From Candidatus Poseidoniaceae archaeon (lineage in GTDB: Archaea > Thermoplasmatota > Poseidoniia > Poseidoniales > Poseidoniaceae): a DNA stretch of 64,000 bases. The notes beneath the pieces were generated by a model. That model was not told where the DNA came from and did no database searches. It was given only the letters and a program-made list of their open reading frames with translations. The position numbers and the translations under genes were made by a program. Positions 35,801 to 45,018 of this stretch are shown here, piece after piece (positions within the stretch are counted from its first letter, which is position 1; each line of letters starts with the position of its first letter). The DNA lies in contig JAPKCS010000001.1 in NCBI GenBank assembly GCA_028822845.1, positions 68,416 through 132,415 on the forward strand, written 5' to 3'.

Positions 35801-37937
35801 GGCTCCATCTGCAGGATTGATTTCACTCCCTGAGCCACAACCTGACAACTCTCACCTGTGCTTCTATGACGGAAACGGCGACAACTTCCCAGACCGTGAC
35901 TTCAATCAAGACGGAATTCTTGATCGGAATGAAACAGTTGGCTGCTTGAAATCCAACATCAGTCCATTGAATCCGCAGTTGCTCCGCGATGACCCAGAAT
36001 CCTTCCTTCCCGATGGATTCGGCCCTGTCAACGTAATTCTCCGGTTCGAAGAAAACCTACCGAATGAAGGATGCCAGGGGCTCCAAGCCAGTTCCCTGAC
36101 CATTCAAGGTGCATGGGATTCTTGTACGAGCGTTCCAGGAAACGATCACTTCCGGCTCAAGATGACCAACAACGCCAACGGGTTCTCCTTGATTGGACGA
36201 ACGACGCTAACAGTGGACGATCAAATCGTCTACACCAGCGAAGTCAACCCGGTCACGGGCGAAATTGTGCCAAAGCCAATGATTGTCACTGGTCAACTGC
36301 AAGATGAACTCGGAACCAACCTCACCAACCGAAACATCCGTGTCAGCTACGAGATGATCAACGGCCAATCCAACCCAACCTCGTGCCTGAGTGGCATGAC
36401 GGATATGGACGGCCAATACTCGATCCTCTGCCCGCTTTCTGACGTGATGGCTGGAAAGGCTAAGGTCAGCGTGACGTACTCTTCGTACGATAACAACGAT
36501 GCTTACCGCTATGAGAACAAGACCATTCAGACAGAATTCGACGTGTTCTCGAATTCCACCCTTGCTATCAACGAAGTTGGACCATTCAAGTCCAGCGTTG
36601 AATCGTGGACTGCTCCAAATGGTTCGAACTTCCCAGTGCTGTACCTCAAAGAGTCGTTCCACATCGATGCTAAACTGACTCAATCCAACGGGCAGTTTGT
36701 CGGTGGAAAGTGCTTGAACATCTACCTCGACCCTGAGCAAAACATCCGCCCAGTGTCCACAATCCGCACCAGCGAAATTGATGGAAGCATCGAATGGTTC
36801 AGCGGCGACCCAAGTCAAAACCCGACCTTGAAGGGTGTTGAAACTACGGGCGGTAAGTTGGAAGGATTCCGAACACTTCGTGTTGCCTTTGAGCCTGACG
36901 TCAACGTTCCAGGCGGCTGTGACAAAGATTCCTCCAATGTCTTGAACGGTTCGTTCGTTGACATGGGCATCCTCGTCCGCTCCCGTGTGGATTTGCAAGT
37001 CAAGCAAACATGGAGCCACCTTGCAGGAAATGGATTGGACAACGATGAAGCCGTCGTTGGTTCGATTGCTTTGCTCCGAGATCGTCTCGACCTCGCTGTC
37101 GAGAACGAAGAGGTTTGGTTCGTCCGTCAATACTGGTCGGAAGCTAACACCGAATGGGTTGTTGAGGGCACAAACAAGTCCAAGACAAACGAACAAGGTG
37201 TTGCAGACTTCGAATGGGCTTTCGGTGGCGAATCGTGTGACGGTGAACCTTGTGAAGGTCGCTGGCGAATCATCGCTTACTACCCTGGCTCGACATACTT
37301 TGCAGAATCACAGGACAACATCACGCACGAATTGATTTACGAAACACCATCGGGCATTGACGCCCAGTCTGCGTTCTTCACACCAGCGCGTGGTATGGCC
37401 CTCGGTATCCTTCTGATGGCGCTGTTGATCGGTGGCTTGGTCTACTACCAACGCGCCCAAGAACGTCGCCAGGTCCAAGCATTGAAGGGTATTCTCACCG
37501 ACACCATGATGCAACTTCAAGCAACCAATGAATACATTGCAGCGATCTTTGATTGCTACAAGAGTTTGGTGAAGTACTTCAAGCGCTATGGATTCATGAA
37601 GAAGGTGTACGAAACCACTCGTGAATTCGAGTCTGCAGTCCGTGCAGCATTCAGCATGGTTCCTTCTGACCAACTCGGCGGGTTCCTGTCGATCTTCGAA
37701 GAAGCACGCTACTCTGATCACACCATCGATGCTTCACACCGAGACAGAGCACTCCAAACACTCGACGCAATCGTTCGCTCGCTGACCGCCGCTCTTGGCG
37801 AGGAAGCAGCAGTCGGCCGCAAAGAATTGGTTGGCCTGTACGATCAGCAAACCAAGGCTGGTGAATTCGTCGCAGCAGATGGCTCGGTTCGCCAAGCCGG
37901 AATCGTCGAAGGCGAAGGCACAGATTTCAAGATTTGA
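29838..37937 (+). CDS. Giant (2699 aa) membrane-anchored surface protein: TSP3-like Asp-rich repeats, Ig-like region, TM, C-terminal DUF4129-like domain
   Basis: N-terminal hydrophobic segment; many D-x-D-N-D-G repeats including DHDNDG; beta-rich middle; TM 'GMALGILLMALLIGGLVYY'; DUF4129-like 'YETTREFE...IFEEARYSDH'. Confidence 0.88.
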   Translation: MLSNVQNETLQTRQKLTMSLTIVFLMLSSTLLAVVQDFSSEDMVEITGFQEGQRVGQSIAQSTTQGGQGDWNGDQDPWHNSNHPSVTDLMWSDPGVMSGIITDLSAIEALAPAYSLYLEESNTNDHDNDGINDLADLDDDNDGIYDLLERFDGCYGTNPFDHDNDGILDADDWDDDNDGILEGPLDIAALEALGLDPINVTTDRRLDEFIIHPWTGDPVGAFYLADQNPMDHDNDGVTDEDSDGSGPGRYDEDDDNDARIDQFKWPCDLDSDGIQDYFDNDDDGDGVDDVTDSHPYDASITSTHVEAGNLYDAAVSWDFNSYRVYSGGVNFLNAELNRVNAVTAPSVTSTSPNGIPAFTTIIDGDLDGDMIPNFIDPDNDNDGTPDSSDTDDDNDGILDMSDPDDDNDGIHDVCINIDVNGDNKGDYNGLLNGESTALDASTLASGLGYVTSTGVATSAQSGTGMTVDIVANAASGGEVTSVTINAAGYGYSVGEQISVTGGNSGASIDVASVTTINFETPGADGDGDGNIDCEIDYDQDLDDDRLRPFDQNYNAIYDWLDADMGGTTSPDNLGDITVSGDASNFEYDLDDDQIQNENDSFPLDKTSEVATWNCPTMATPNPTNPDPRCITRRASFSQFNDWDGDGIANWDDVDDDGDGIIDVLDIDWDCDLDNDADLHAINGALYRDDGPNSIDSDIDGDGLENSIDWDDDNDGIADLYDPDDGNCGTVDYDPSDAFARPFYPVDDGGTLDGSQDSTPYIDNATDHWNLLFWHNPFSDVVLNYNGYDATTSPATPGTVPEFYWFMFARWSSYNGGNDWDIDADGDSLTNGLDTDQDADGLPDWWDQDESNDGVMDVDDPKMGGSFNLSQCGWTAGNLGSGFACGYAYATAYHMPLNGINAQFGSPYSTRPDAFVNQGATPGGATNNWSCTPGAQGGCYHYDFGGDGTIESGISHVQMTDNRDAFVTWVGLSTGLWQWTSDNGPIADFPDELGADLLKNDVDGDVDGDFTNMTVDLDNDYDSVYDWYDVDDDNDGIWDYFEIDSDDDYDNDAGQENGNFFSGTNCDDNDDDGNDADIDNDGFFQAVWDQGIMSQGLREPALYDVDNDNDGVPDAEDTDDDNNGILDVDQELLPGCFWGEESSPFDHDNDNIVDWADDDWDGDGIANDVELAISLTRAFDHDNDGTRDDIDEDDDEDGMKDEDEVLLWPTRFDRNSTNPWDHDDFGNGEGIANTLDLNTGPDGIDQDDDNDSRNDLDFDHLEETFTSTPCYNGGESSDWDSDNDCNLDRDDKAPTFITLNLPNNLWLDAQAPAIFSGHVDWVNPITGQLEAATGLPVQVHIEWTGNNTTAIETIDVLTTASGNFSVGQFLYPEDLTVGDNTTYRVYAEVTEMFAFNGNQSQSYYVGAEANLTADIFMNGYFRSDEQPFWVDMWSYYTADIQRGIFDNLVPSIPMTFSVRGGIFGNLTHPTNFTGLGGDGYRSGPSGLVSVTFVQDIGINGVWKQIKWNSTRDNGVGKVPGGYEEVAWNSNTNMLEPLLDSTGSIIEYDYTNTSLPAGDYEVTASVRPEIASEWPFPYLHGDDTEPQSIRVMHRMNIEAQMILEGINPVFYYDATINNGDGSFGNWATLFHQEALNGANLNFNDVSKAKPYPTNWDGAPASLLGEAANLRNFISTNSTHWFINLVNGGDGDLPPCGAVDPTDPLSEVRCEIVPEMNTGDSLQIIGSVTNRTNDAWDADPVALQVDVDGNGQFLGAGETAYTQRPIMNNGVAEFDYNWSWYSQYGSGTYGMRVDFTNSAYYFTGNSSTLAATGAYINVTVVGTTDFQTTSLPRLYRNSSTTIQAKLVDNSLQPVRNVPVNYTWSADGRSGVNYTDENGFFEIPFNISAQDSLGNFSLQFEFAGTPLLKGNTMVQEVWVVSRTYLSVITADPNIRQSGDRWDFTAQVVDDNKTSIRDAGGSALDGANSGLVDVIFEGTDFSGVFYRQVVATLAPSAGLISLPEPQPDNSHLCFYDGNGDNFPDRDFNQDGILDRNETVGCLKSNISPLNPQLLRDDPESFLPDGFGPVNVILRFEENLPNEGCQGLQASSLTIQGAWDSCTSVPGNDHFRLKMTNNANGFSLIGRTTLTVDDQIVYTSEVNPVTGEIVPKPMIVTGQLQDELGTNLTNRNIRVSYEMINGQSNPTSCLSGMTDMDGQYSILCPLSDVMAGKAKVSVTYSSYDNNDAYRYENKTIQTEFDVFSNSTLAINEVGPFKSSVESWTAPNGSNFPVLYLKESFHIDAKLTQSNGQFVGGKCLNIYLDPEQNIRPVSTIRTSEIDGSIEWFSGDPSQNPTLKGVETTGGKLEGFRTLRVAFEPDVNVPGGCDKDSSNVLNGSFVDMGILVRSRVDLQVKQTWSHLAGNGLDNDEAVVGSIALLRDRLDLAVENEEVWFVRQYWSEANTEWVVEGTNKSKTNEQGVADFEWAFGGESCDGEPCEGRWRIIAYYPGSTYFAESQDNITHELIYETPSGIDAQSAFFTPARGMALGILLMALLIGGLVYYQRAQERRQVQALKGILTDTMMQLQATNEYIAAIFDCYKSLVKYFKRYGFMKKVYETTREFESAVRAAFSMVPSDQLGGFLSIFEEARYSDHTIDASHRDRALQTLDAIVRSLTAALGEEAAVGRKELVGLYDQQTKAGEFVAADGSVRQAGIVEGEGTDFKI

Positions 37938-37957
37938 AACCTGATTGAAGGCATCAG

Positions 37958-37981
37958 AGGGGCCTCACATGAGGCCCCTTT
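37958..37981 (+). terminator. Hairpin after the giant gene
   Basis: AGGGGCCTC-ACAT-GAGGCCCCT followed by TT. Confidence 0.65.
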
Positions 37982-38033
37982 GAGCTTCATGTTCGCCTTA
38001 ACATTCAAGGAGCAGATGTTGTGTGGTGATACC

Positions 38034-38477
38034 ATGGACGATTGGAAGGAACTTATCGGCGAGGCTATGCAAATTGAGACAACAGACACCATTGCGGCGT
38101 TCAAAATTTACGAACGTGCGGTGATTGCAGGCCTCACAACCTCGCAGAACCTCTTGGATGACGTCGAGGCAGCACAGATCATCGAAGCCATTTATGGCGC
38201 TCTGGTTGCTTATTCTCAAACCATTATGCTCCGCATGAAGGCAGAAGATCCAGAGATTGGTGGAGTGGACCACGCTTTCCGAGCAGGCCAAGCCTACGGT
38301 GTCTCATGTGTTCTCAACCACCTCATCGACAAGCTCACAGATGTCACAGGTGGAACTGAATTGGGCGCTATGGACGCATTCTCGGACACGCTTCATGACG
38401 AAATCATCATCCAAGGTCGAGCCGCAGGTTTGACCATCGAACTTCTCGATGCACAAGGCGATATTCTTCTTGAATGA
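38034..38477 (+). CDS. Hypothetical acidic helical protein
   Basis: GGTGA SD before ATG 38034; normal codon usage. Confidence 0.7.
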   Translation: MDDWKELIGEAMQIETTDTIAAFKIYERAVIAGLTTSQNLLDDVEAAQIIEAIYGALVAYSQTIMLRMKAEDPEIGGVDHAFRAGQAYGVSCVLNHLIDKLTDVTGGTELGAMDAFSDTLHDEIIIQGRAAGLTIELLDAQGDILLE

Positions 38478-38618
38478 GGCTAATTCGGCGCTTTCACTTT
38501 GCTCATTGCCGCGCCCTAGAATCAACGCACTGCGGCGCGAAGAAGTGACCGCCCGCGTCGGTGCATTGATAATGGGATGGCGAGTCGGCGAATTGCTTCA
38601 AAGCATCGAGGGAGTCAA

Positions 38619-38984
38619 ATGAGCAATCCGACACAAAAGACAAACGCCCGACTGGTTGATGTAATCAGCCAGTTGAAAGCCCAGTCGCGTGATACCGGAG
38701 CCGCTGTTTGGCGAGATGTGGCCATGAGACTCTCTAAGAGTCGTAAAAATTGGGCGCAGCCGAACTTGAGCCGTGTAAGCCGCTTCGCCCCCGAGGGTGC
38801 AACCATCCTCGTTCCAGGCAAGCTGCTCGGCTCAGGTGAATTGTCTGCCAACCACACGATCGCCGCCTACAGTGTCAGCAATGGTGCACGTGAGAAAATA
38901 GAAGCCGCTGGAGGTCGATTCATGACCTACGGCGAGCTGATGAATGAAAACCCAACAGGCACGGGGGTTGTTATCCTTGGATGA
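38619..38984 (+). CDS. rpl18e: 50S ribosomal protein L18e
   Basis: 'KTNARL', 'VWRDVA', 'NLSRV', 'VPGKLLGSG', 'AREKIEAAGG'. Confidence 0.95.
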   Translation: MSNPTQKTNARLVDVISQLKAQSRDTGAAVWRDVAMRLSKSRKNWAQPNLSRVSRFAPEGATILVPGKLLGSGELSANHTIAAYSVSNGAREKIEAAGGRFMTYGELMNENPTGTGVVILG

Positions 38985-39462
38985 AACAACCTACGTCTTT
39001 GACGCTGATGGCCTGATCCTAGGTCGCCTCGCCTCTGCCTCTGCAGACCTTCTTCTGAAGGCTACTCGGGCTGATCGTGACGACAAAGTCATCATCATCA
39101 ACGCAGAGAAAGCAATCGTTTCCGGACGACCACGCTCTGTTCTGAACACATACCACAAGAAGTATGAACTGAACCACGCTCGAAAGGGACCTTTCTTCCC
39201 ACGTATGCCTGATATGATCCTCAAGCGTGCAGTTCGTGGAATGCTTCCATACCAAAAGATATCCAGTGGCCGCCGTGCTCTCCGCAACCTACGCGTTGAG
39301 ATTGGTTGTCCAGCCCACCTTGCTGGAGATCTTCCTGACGGCCACCAACACGGTGACCTCACCAAGATTCGTAAGGCAATGCCTGAGCGATTCATTCGCT
39401 TGGGTGACATTAGCGCCGATCTCGGCGCACCAACCCACCGCTGGGACGGAGGTGAGCAATGA
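38977..39462 (+). CDS. rpl13: 50S ribosomal protein L13
   Basis: 'DADGLILGRLAS', 'IINAEKAIVSG', 'KGPFFPRMPDMILKRAVRGMLPY'; probable TTG start at 38977. Confidence 0.95.
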   Translation: MDETTYVFDADGLILGRLASASADLLLKATRADRDDKVIIINAEKAIVSGRPRSVLNTYHKKYELNHARKGPFFPRMPDMILKRAVRGMLPYQKISSGRRALRNLRVEIGCPAHLAGDLPDGHQHGDLTKIRKAMPERFIRLGDISADLGAPTHRWDGGEQ

Positions 39463-39899
39463 TGGCTCGTAAGAAACAACAAAAGTCAGTTCAATCTTCA
39501 GGAAAGCGTAAGACCGCCGTTGCTCGTGCATCGTTGAAGGCAGGTAAAGGACGGGTTCGTGTCAACAGCGCACCTATCGAAATTCTTTCACCTTCCCTCG
39601 CACGACGTAAGGCTATGGAACCACTCATCATTGCTGATGCAATGAAGCGACTCAGCAAGGTCGACATCAGCATCACAACGCTTGGTGGCGGAATCATGGG
39701 TCAAACAGACGCCATCCGAACCGCAATTGCACGTGGACTCGTCCACTACAACGGCGGCAAGGAAGGAATCGATGAAGAACTCCGAGACGAATACCTTCGC
39801 TTCGATCGCAGCCTCTTGGTGAACGATCCACGGCGCAAGGAAGCGAAGCACCAACTTGGTCGCGGTGCTCGACGCAAGAAGCAGAAGTCCTATCGATGA
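39459..39899 (+). CDS. rps9: 30S ribosomal protein S9
   Basis: 'GKRKTAVARA', 'GGGIMGQ', 'DPRRKE', 'ARRKKQKSYR'. Confidence 0.97.
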   Translation: MMARKKQQKSVQSSGKRKTAVARASLKAGKGRVRVNSAPIEILSPSLARRKAMEPLIIADAMKRLSKVDISITTLGGGIMGQTDAIRTAIARGLVHYNGGKEGIDEELRDEYLRFDRSLLVNDPRRKEAKHQLGRGARRKKQKSYR

Positions 39900-39908
39900 G
39901 GTGATGAA

Positions 39909-40112
39909 ATGATTATTCCAGTACGATGTTTCAGTTGCGGTGGCGTTATTGCCCATAAATGGGAAGAATTCAACGAACTTAAGGCCGCAGGTCTTGAGGA
40001 AGCGGAAGCTCTTGACAAGGTTGGCTTGATGCGTTATTGCTGCCGCCGTATGTATGTGGGTCACATCGACCTCATCTACGAGGCAGCTCCTTTCAGCGCT
40101 TCGACTCAGTGA
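39909..40112 (+). CDS. rpoN: DNA-directed RNA polymerase subunit N (Rpo10)
   Basis: '[11 protein letters not shown]', 'RYCCRRM'. Confidence 0.97.
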   Translation: MIIPVRCFSCGGVIAHKWEEFNELKAAGLEEAEALDKVGLMRYCCRRMYVGHIDLIYEAAPFSASTQ

Positions 40113-40137
40113 GTCTCGATCGAAGATCAAAACACGG

Positions 40138-40212
40138 GGGCCCGTGGGTTAGCTTGGCCTATACTTGGCGGCTGGGGGCCGTCAGACCCCAGTTCAAATC
40201 TGGGCGGGCCCA
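40138..40212 (+). tRNA. tRNA-Pro(GGG)
   Basis: Acceptor GGGCCCG/CGGGCCC, anticodon arm GGCGG-CTGGGGG-CCGTC, T-loop TTCAAAT; follows rpoN as in other euryarchaea. Confidence 0.95.
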
Positions 40213-40311
40213 TCTGATCTTCTCTCCTTTGATTTCAATCGACGCGAAGTGCTCCACATCGATTAACAGGAACCCTTTGGTTTGATATGGCTGGCGCGAG
40301 AACAATCGACC

Positions 40312-43300
40312 ATGCGAACCCTTCAGGCCTCCACGCTGGTCTCTCTGCTTTTGTTGGCATCCCTCAGCGCAGTGTTTCCACACGCCCTAGCAGCTGATAC
40401 CACGGTCAACAGCGAAACCACATGGTCAGGCGCTGTTGTGCTGACAGGAAACGTTACTGTGGCCAATGGAACAACGCTCACCATCAAGCCCGGCACAACG
40501 GTGGATGGTGGTGATGATCACTGGATCCTCGTCAAAGGAACCCTCCTAGCCACCGAGACAACCTTCTCTTCTTCACACACCCCGCTTACCCAAGGTTCCC
40601 ATGGTGCGGGCCTCTGGGTCGGGCTCCATGTTGAAACAACAGGCCATGCCGTGCTCACCAACATCACCATCAACAACGCCAAAACCGCCGTTCGCAACGA
40701 CGGACAGCTTCACGCATCAGACCTCATCATCAATGACGCCTACATAGGCATCAACAACGCAGGTACCGCTACAGTTGCACGACTCACGGCCAACGACATC
40801 GATTACGACGTGGTACGCAACCCAGGGCATTTCACTCTCGAAGAAGCAACCATCACCAAGGTGGCAGGGGGCATTATTTCGTCTGGAACCGCCACCATTT
40901 CAGACGCTTCATTCATTCAGACAGGCTCTGCTCTCAAAGCAACCGCCGGACAATTTGACGCTACCCGCATCGGTTTCGATGCTGTGACGGTTGGTATTGC
41001 TAGCCGCGCAGGAGCGTCCATGTCGGTCTCGAGCATCACAGGAACGGACGTTGCACTCACCGTTGACGCTGGCAACAGCGACGATCTCACATTGACCAAC
41101 ATGGTCGTCGAAGGCCACCGATTGCTGGTCGCAAGTGGAGCAACCATGGTCTCAGGGCACGACATCACCTTTGTCGGCGACCTCAACGAAACACGGGCCA
41201 CCATCGATCAGCGGTGCAGCGGCGTATGCAGTTGGACAGAGACAACGCTCAACAACGTCGTGTGGGGCCTTGCTCTCTCTGGCGAGGGCACGCACATGTT
41301 GACCAATGTGACCGCCGTGGCAACCGAGCGCAACCTCGATGCTTCTGGCAACGGGGCTCTTATCGCTACCGAACTCAATCTGAGCGGTTCAGCTGCAGCC
41401 ATCAGCCTTCGAGGGCCAGACAGCGACATCGATGGAGCATCGATTTCATTGACTTCTGCTAACTCGATTGGCTTGGATGTACTCGATGGTCTCCATGACT
41501 GGAAGGATGTCGAAATCTCGAAACCCTATTCTTCCCAGGACCTCACTTCCATTGGTGTGAAAGCATGGTACAGCACCATCGCTGTCCAGGCACTTTCAAT
41601 CACTCATTTTGCAACTGGAATTGACGCCAGTGATGCAACGATTACGGGCGACACGATCACTGCTGTCGATGGAAAGACGACCGGCCTTGTCCTCCACGAC
41701 TCCGCTGTCACCGTCGACACCCTCTCGACACGGGTCTTTTCCACCGGCGTCCACATGGAAGGCGACTCAACGCTTCATGTGACAGATTGGCTTGCAGACT
41801 TGCACGCAACACCGTTGAACCTCGATACCGATTGCACAGCCATCGTTCGTAACTTCCAGCCTCAAAACACCCAAGCCTCCTCATCGGATGCTTTGGGCGA
41901 TGGCTCTCTTTTGTACGGCGGTTCGACCACCGCATCGATTGCAACCTCTTCTTCCGCCTTCTTCGAAGAAACACCTGTGACCTTCACCGACCTCGCAGGC
42001 TCACCTGTGGAAGCCACCATCTTGGTGCATGGTTTCACGGTTATGAGCAACAGCAACGGAGCCGCAACGCTTCCTTTACTCGCTCAAGGCAGCACGGTTG
42101 ACGTGAGCCTTGGTGGCGCAGGCATCCGCGTGGTCTTGTACGGGGCAACGATGGGCCAATCGGTTCAGGTCGCGGTAATTCCGCAAGGTGATTGGACCAT
42201 CACAAGTGGACAAACAGTGTACCTTGGAGCCCGACTGGATGGCTCACCTCACATTCTCAGTGGCGACCTCACCCTCGAGACTGGCAGCGGTTTGCAATTG
42301 GACCACACCACGCTTTTGTTGCCTTCAACTGGAAGCGTAAGCGTGCAAGGTACGGCCCAACTGTTCGGAGACGCCTCCACCATTTCTGCACAATCCTTCA
42401 CGATGGGTTTGGACAGCACCCTTTCTTCTTCCAACGCCGAAGACGGGTTGACGGTGATTGGCAACGTTTCGTGGTCATGCCAGACCCTACGCACTTCGGA
42501 GTATGTTCATATTCAAGGCAATTTGATGCTGCAGCCCGGATGCAAACTGGATCTTCTCGCAGGAACAGTTTCGGGGTCAGTTTCGGCTCTTACTGGTGCG
42601 GAATTGAATGTGCTTTCCAAACTGACCGTCCGGGTTCTCGACCAAGGAACGCCTGTCGAAGGTGCGTTAATCTCAGTGGATGGCGCGGTTGCATCAACTG
42701 GCACCGATGGCCGTTTGAGCACCACTGCGATCGCTCGTAAAGTCACCGACAGCAGTGAAATCGTTGGCGGTATCAAAAACATCAACCTTCAAATCGGCTC
42801 CTTTACAGATTTTGTAACATGGGATTCCTCCACCTCCTTTGACCACACATTCATGGCTTCAAGGATCGATGGTGGAACGCTCGAACAATGGCTCGTGCTT
42901 GAATCACAATGGAGCCCATATTTCCTCGATGAAGATTTGACGGTGGCCCAAACAGGTACGCTGAGCATCGATGACGGGGTTTCCGTACGTATTTCAGAAG
43001 GCCACACAATCACCGTTGACGGAACAATGAACGTCGGTGACGCCACCCTTTCATCAACCGGACAAGGGGCGAGGTGGGGAGGGATGCACTTGGGTTCCCT
43101 CACGTCTTCTTCGATCGATTTGTCTGCAACTTCCATCTTCGAAGCCTCACCAGCACTCACCGTGTCAAGCCTCGGTAGGTTCAGTGCAGACGGCTCAGAC
43201 TTTGCTCGCTCTTCTGGAGCGGACCCTCTGATTATGATTGGTTCTTCCAGCAACGCAAGCGTTGAATTCAGCGAAAGCCATCTCTACGACGCCGGAAGCG

Positions 43301-45009
43301 GCTGCATCAAATCCTTTGCAACAGAAGGGCAACTCCATCTCACCGACCTCACCGTGGCGACATGCAATGGTGTTGGTCTCTGGGCCAGGCAGGCAAACAT
43401 CCACGTGGATGGATTCACACTCAACAACGGATTTACGCACGGATTTGAACTGACTGCCGTTAAAGGAAGCATGGCAAACATCGATGCGACAGGCTTTGAT
43501 GGCAGCGGATACATCGGGTGGTTGGAATCCATTGATGGCGACTTTTTGCTGTCCAACCTCAACGGTACAGTTGGGTCGATGGGCGGTCTTGCAGGTGCCA
43601 ACAATCGGTTCCTTGATCTGGAAACCATCCAAATCACCGGCGCTCCAGCTGTTGATTTCGATAACACAGCTGGTGAGATAAACGGAATGATCTTGAATGG
43701 TTTGGGAACAGGTACAGCCTTTTCGAGCCACCATGGTCGCTCAATGGATTCGCTCATCGTCGAGGGCCTCAGCGCAGCAAATTATGCTGTTGCGGTCGAT
43801 TTACATGCAGATGAAAACGACGGGAGCGTTGCTCCCTTGATCCTTCGCTCCCCGGACCTTCTTGCATCCTCTGTCCTCTCAGCCGAAGTGTACCCTGCTC
43901 GGATCGAAGGAGGTCAACTTGTTGGCGAGGTTGCTGCCTCAGGCTCAATCACGATCGACTTGGTTGATGTGACCGCCGATCTAACCTCGGTCTACGACGG
44001 GGCTGTGCTGAAGATGTGGAAGACATTCAACATCGATGCACAGGTCAACGGGGCCTCAATCGCAGTTGATTTCACCATCGACACAATTGGACATACGCCC
44101 TCTTACTCGATGGTAGCCAGCGGTTCATCCGTCTTGCTTGAACTACCAATGATGGTGGTTGAAGAGGGTGCTTCGACATCGTTGCAATCAATCACGGTTG
44201 TAGCCTCAGCAACCGGGCTACCACTTCAATCACGAACGGTCAACGTCAGCGAAGGCATGAACACGACACTTGTGGTGGCAATGGCTTTGAACGGCGCACC
44301 ACTTGTTGAGATTTCGAAACCATATTCCGGCCAACGGGCCATGGAAACAACACCGTTAGCAGCCGAGGTGACCTACAGCGACGACCTTGATTCAATCGAG
44401 GATTTGGCGATTCAATGGATCATCACCGACGCTACAGGCGATGAAGTCACGCAGGGTCCAAACGAATCCCAATTCAACATCACAGGCCTACCTTACGGGT
44501 TCTATGTGCTCGAAGCGGTGGTCACCGATGCACTTGGTGCATCCTCAAGCGACACCGTTGATTTTGAAATCACACAACTCGATACCGATGGGGACTGGAA
44601 CAACGCTTGCATCTACACTCAGGCGACTGAGGTTTGGTTTAACGCAGAACTCGGGTTCCCTTGCGGCCCAGATCAACAAGACACAGACGACGACAACGAT
44701 GGCTACCCCGATGCCCGAGATGACTACCCGATGGACCCATGTGCATGGATTGACACCGATCAGGATGGGCAACCAGACACCGTGGATTGCCCTGCAGGTA
44801 TGACAACCTGGTTGTTCGCAGACCAAGACGACGACAACGACGGCGTCCCTGATGTCATGGAAGGCACGACCACCAAAGAAACCAGTGACTTTTCTACGGG
44901 AACGCTGCTCCTCATGGCCTTGATTGGAGCCGCAATTTTGCTGTTTGTTCTTCGCATGCGTAAAGGCGGCGGCGATGACATCGGCGAGCTCAATCTAGGG
45001 CATCTTTGA
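40312..45009 (+). CDS. Large secreted, C-terminally anchored surface protein (beta-helix-like, Ig-like, TSP3-like repeats)
   Basis: Signal peptide; 'TWSGAVVLTGNVTVANGTTLTIKPGTTV'; 'SPYFLDEDLTV...WGGMH'; DxDxDG repeats; TM followed by RMRK. Confidence 0.85.
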   Translation: MRTLQASTLVSLLLLASLSAVFPHALAADTTVNSETTWSGAVVLTGNVTVANGTTLTIKPGTTVDGGDDHWILVKGTLLATETTFSSSHTPLTQGSHGAGLWVGLHVETTGHAVLTNITINNAKTAVRNDGQLHASDLIINDAYIGINNAGTATVARLTANDIDYDVVRNPGHFTLEEATITKVAGGIISSGTATISDASFIQTGSALKATAGQFDATRIGFDAVTVGIASRAGASMSVSSITGTDVALTVDAGNSDDLTLTNMVVEGHRLLVASGATMVSGHDITFVGDLNETRATIDQRCSGVCSWTETTLNNVVWGLALSGEGTHMLTNVTAVATERNLDASGNGALIATELNLSGSAAAISLRGPDSDIDGASISLTSANSIGLDVLDGLHDWKDVEISKPYSSQDLTSIGVKAWYSTIAVQALSITHFATGIDASDATITGDTITAVDGKTTGLVLHDSAVTVDTLSTRVFSTGVHMEGDSTLHVTDWLADLHATPLNLDTDCTAIVRNFQPQNTQASSSDALGDGSLLYGGSTTASIATSSSAFFEETPVTFTDLAGSPVEATILVHGFTVMSNSNGAATLPLLAQGSTVDVSLGGAGIRVVLYGATMGQSVQVAVIPQGDWTITSGQTVYLGARLDGSPHILSGDLTLETGSGLQLDHTTLLLPSTGSVSVQGTAQLFGDASTISAQSFTMGLDSTLSSSNAEDGLTVIGNVSWSCQTLRTSEYVHIQGNLMLQPGCKLDLLAGTVSGSVSALTGAELNVLSKLTVRVLDQGTPVEGALISVDGAVASTGTDGRLSTTAIARKVTDSSEIVGGIKNINLQIGSFTDFVTWDSSTSFDHTFMASRIDGGTLEQWLVLESQWSPYFLDEDLTVAQTGTLSIDDGVSVRISEGHTITVDGTMNVGDATLSSTGQGARWGGMHLGSLTSSSIDLSATSIFEASPALTVSSLGRFSADGSDFARSSGADPLIMIGSSSNASVEFSESHLYDAGSGCIKSFATEGQLHLTDLTVATCNGVGLWARQANIHVDGFTLNNGFTHGFELTAVKGSMANIDATGFDGSGYIGWLESIDGDFLLSNLNGTVGSMGGLAGANNRFLDLETIQITGAPAVDFDNTAGEINGMILNGLGTGTAFSSHHGRSMDSLIVEGLSAANYAVAVDLHADENDGSVAPLILRSPDLLASSVLSAEVYPARIEGGQLVGEVAASGSITIDLVDVTADLTSVYDGAVLKMWKTFNIDAQVNGASIAVDFTIDTIGHTPSYSMVASGSSVLLELPMMVVEEGASTSLQSITVVASATGLPLQSRTVNVSEGMNTTLVVAMALNGAPLVEISKPYSGQRAMETTPLAAEVTYSDDLDSIEDLAIQWIITDATGDEVTQGPNESQFNITGLPYGFYVLEAVVTDALGASSSDTVDFEITQLDTDGDWNNACIYTQATEVWFNAELGFPCGPDQQDTDDDNDGYPDARDDYPMDPCAWIDTDQDGQPDTVDCPAGMTTWLFADQDDDNDGVPDVMEGTTTKETSDFSTGTLLLMALIGAAILLFVLRMRKGGGDDIGELNLGHL

Positions 45010-45018
45010 GGTGGAATC

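Noticed and set aside
36207-37196. 329-aa antisense ORF and other long overlapping ORFs in the giant genes
   Set aside because: Shadows of strongly codon-biased sense genes, with no recognisable motifs.
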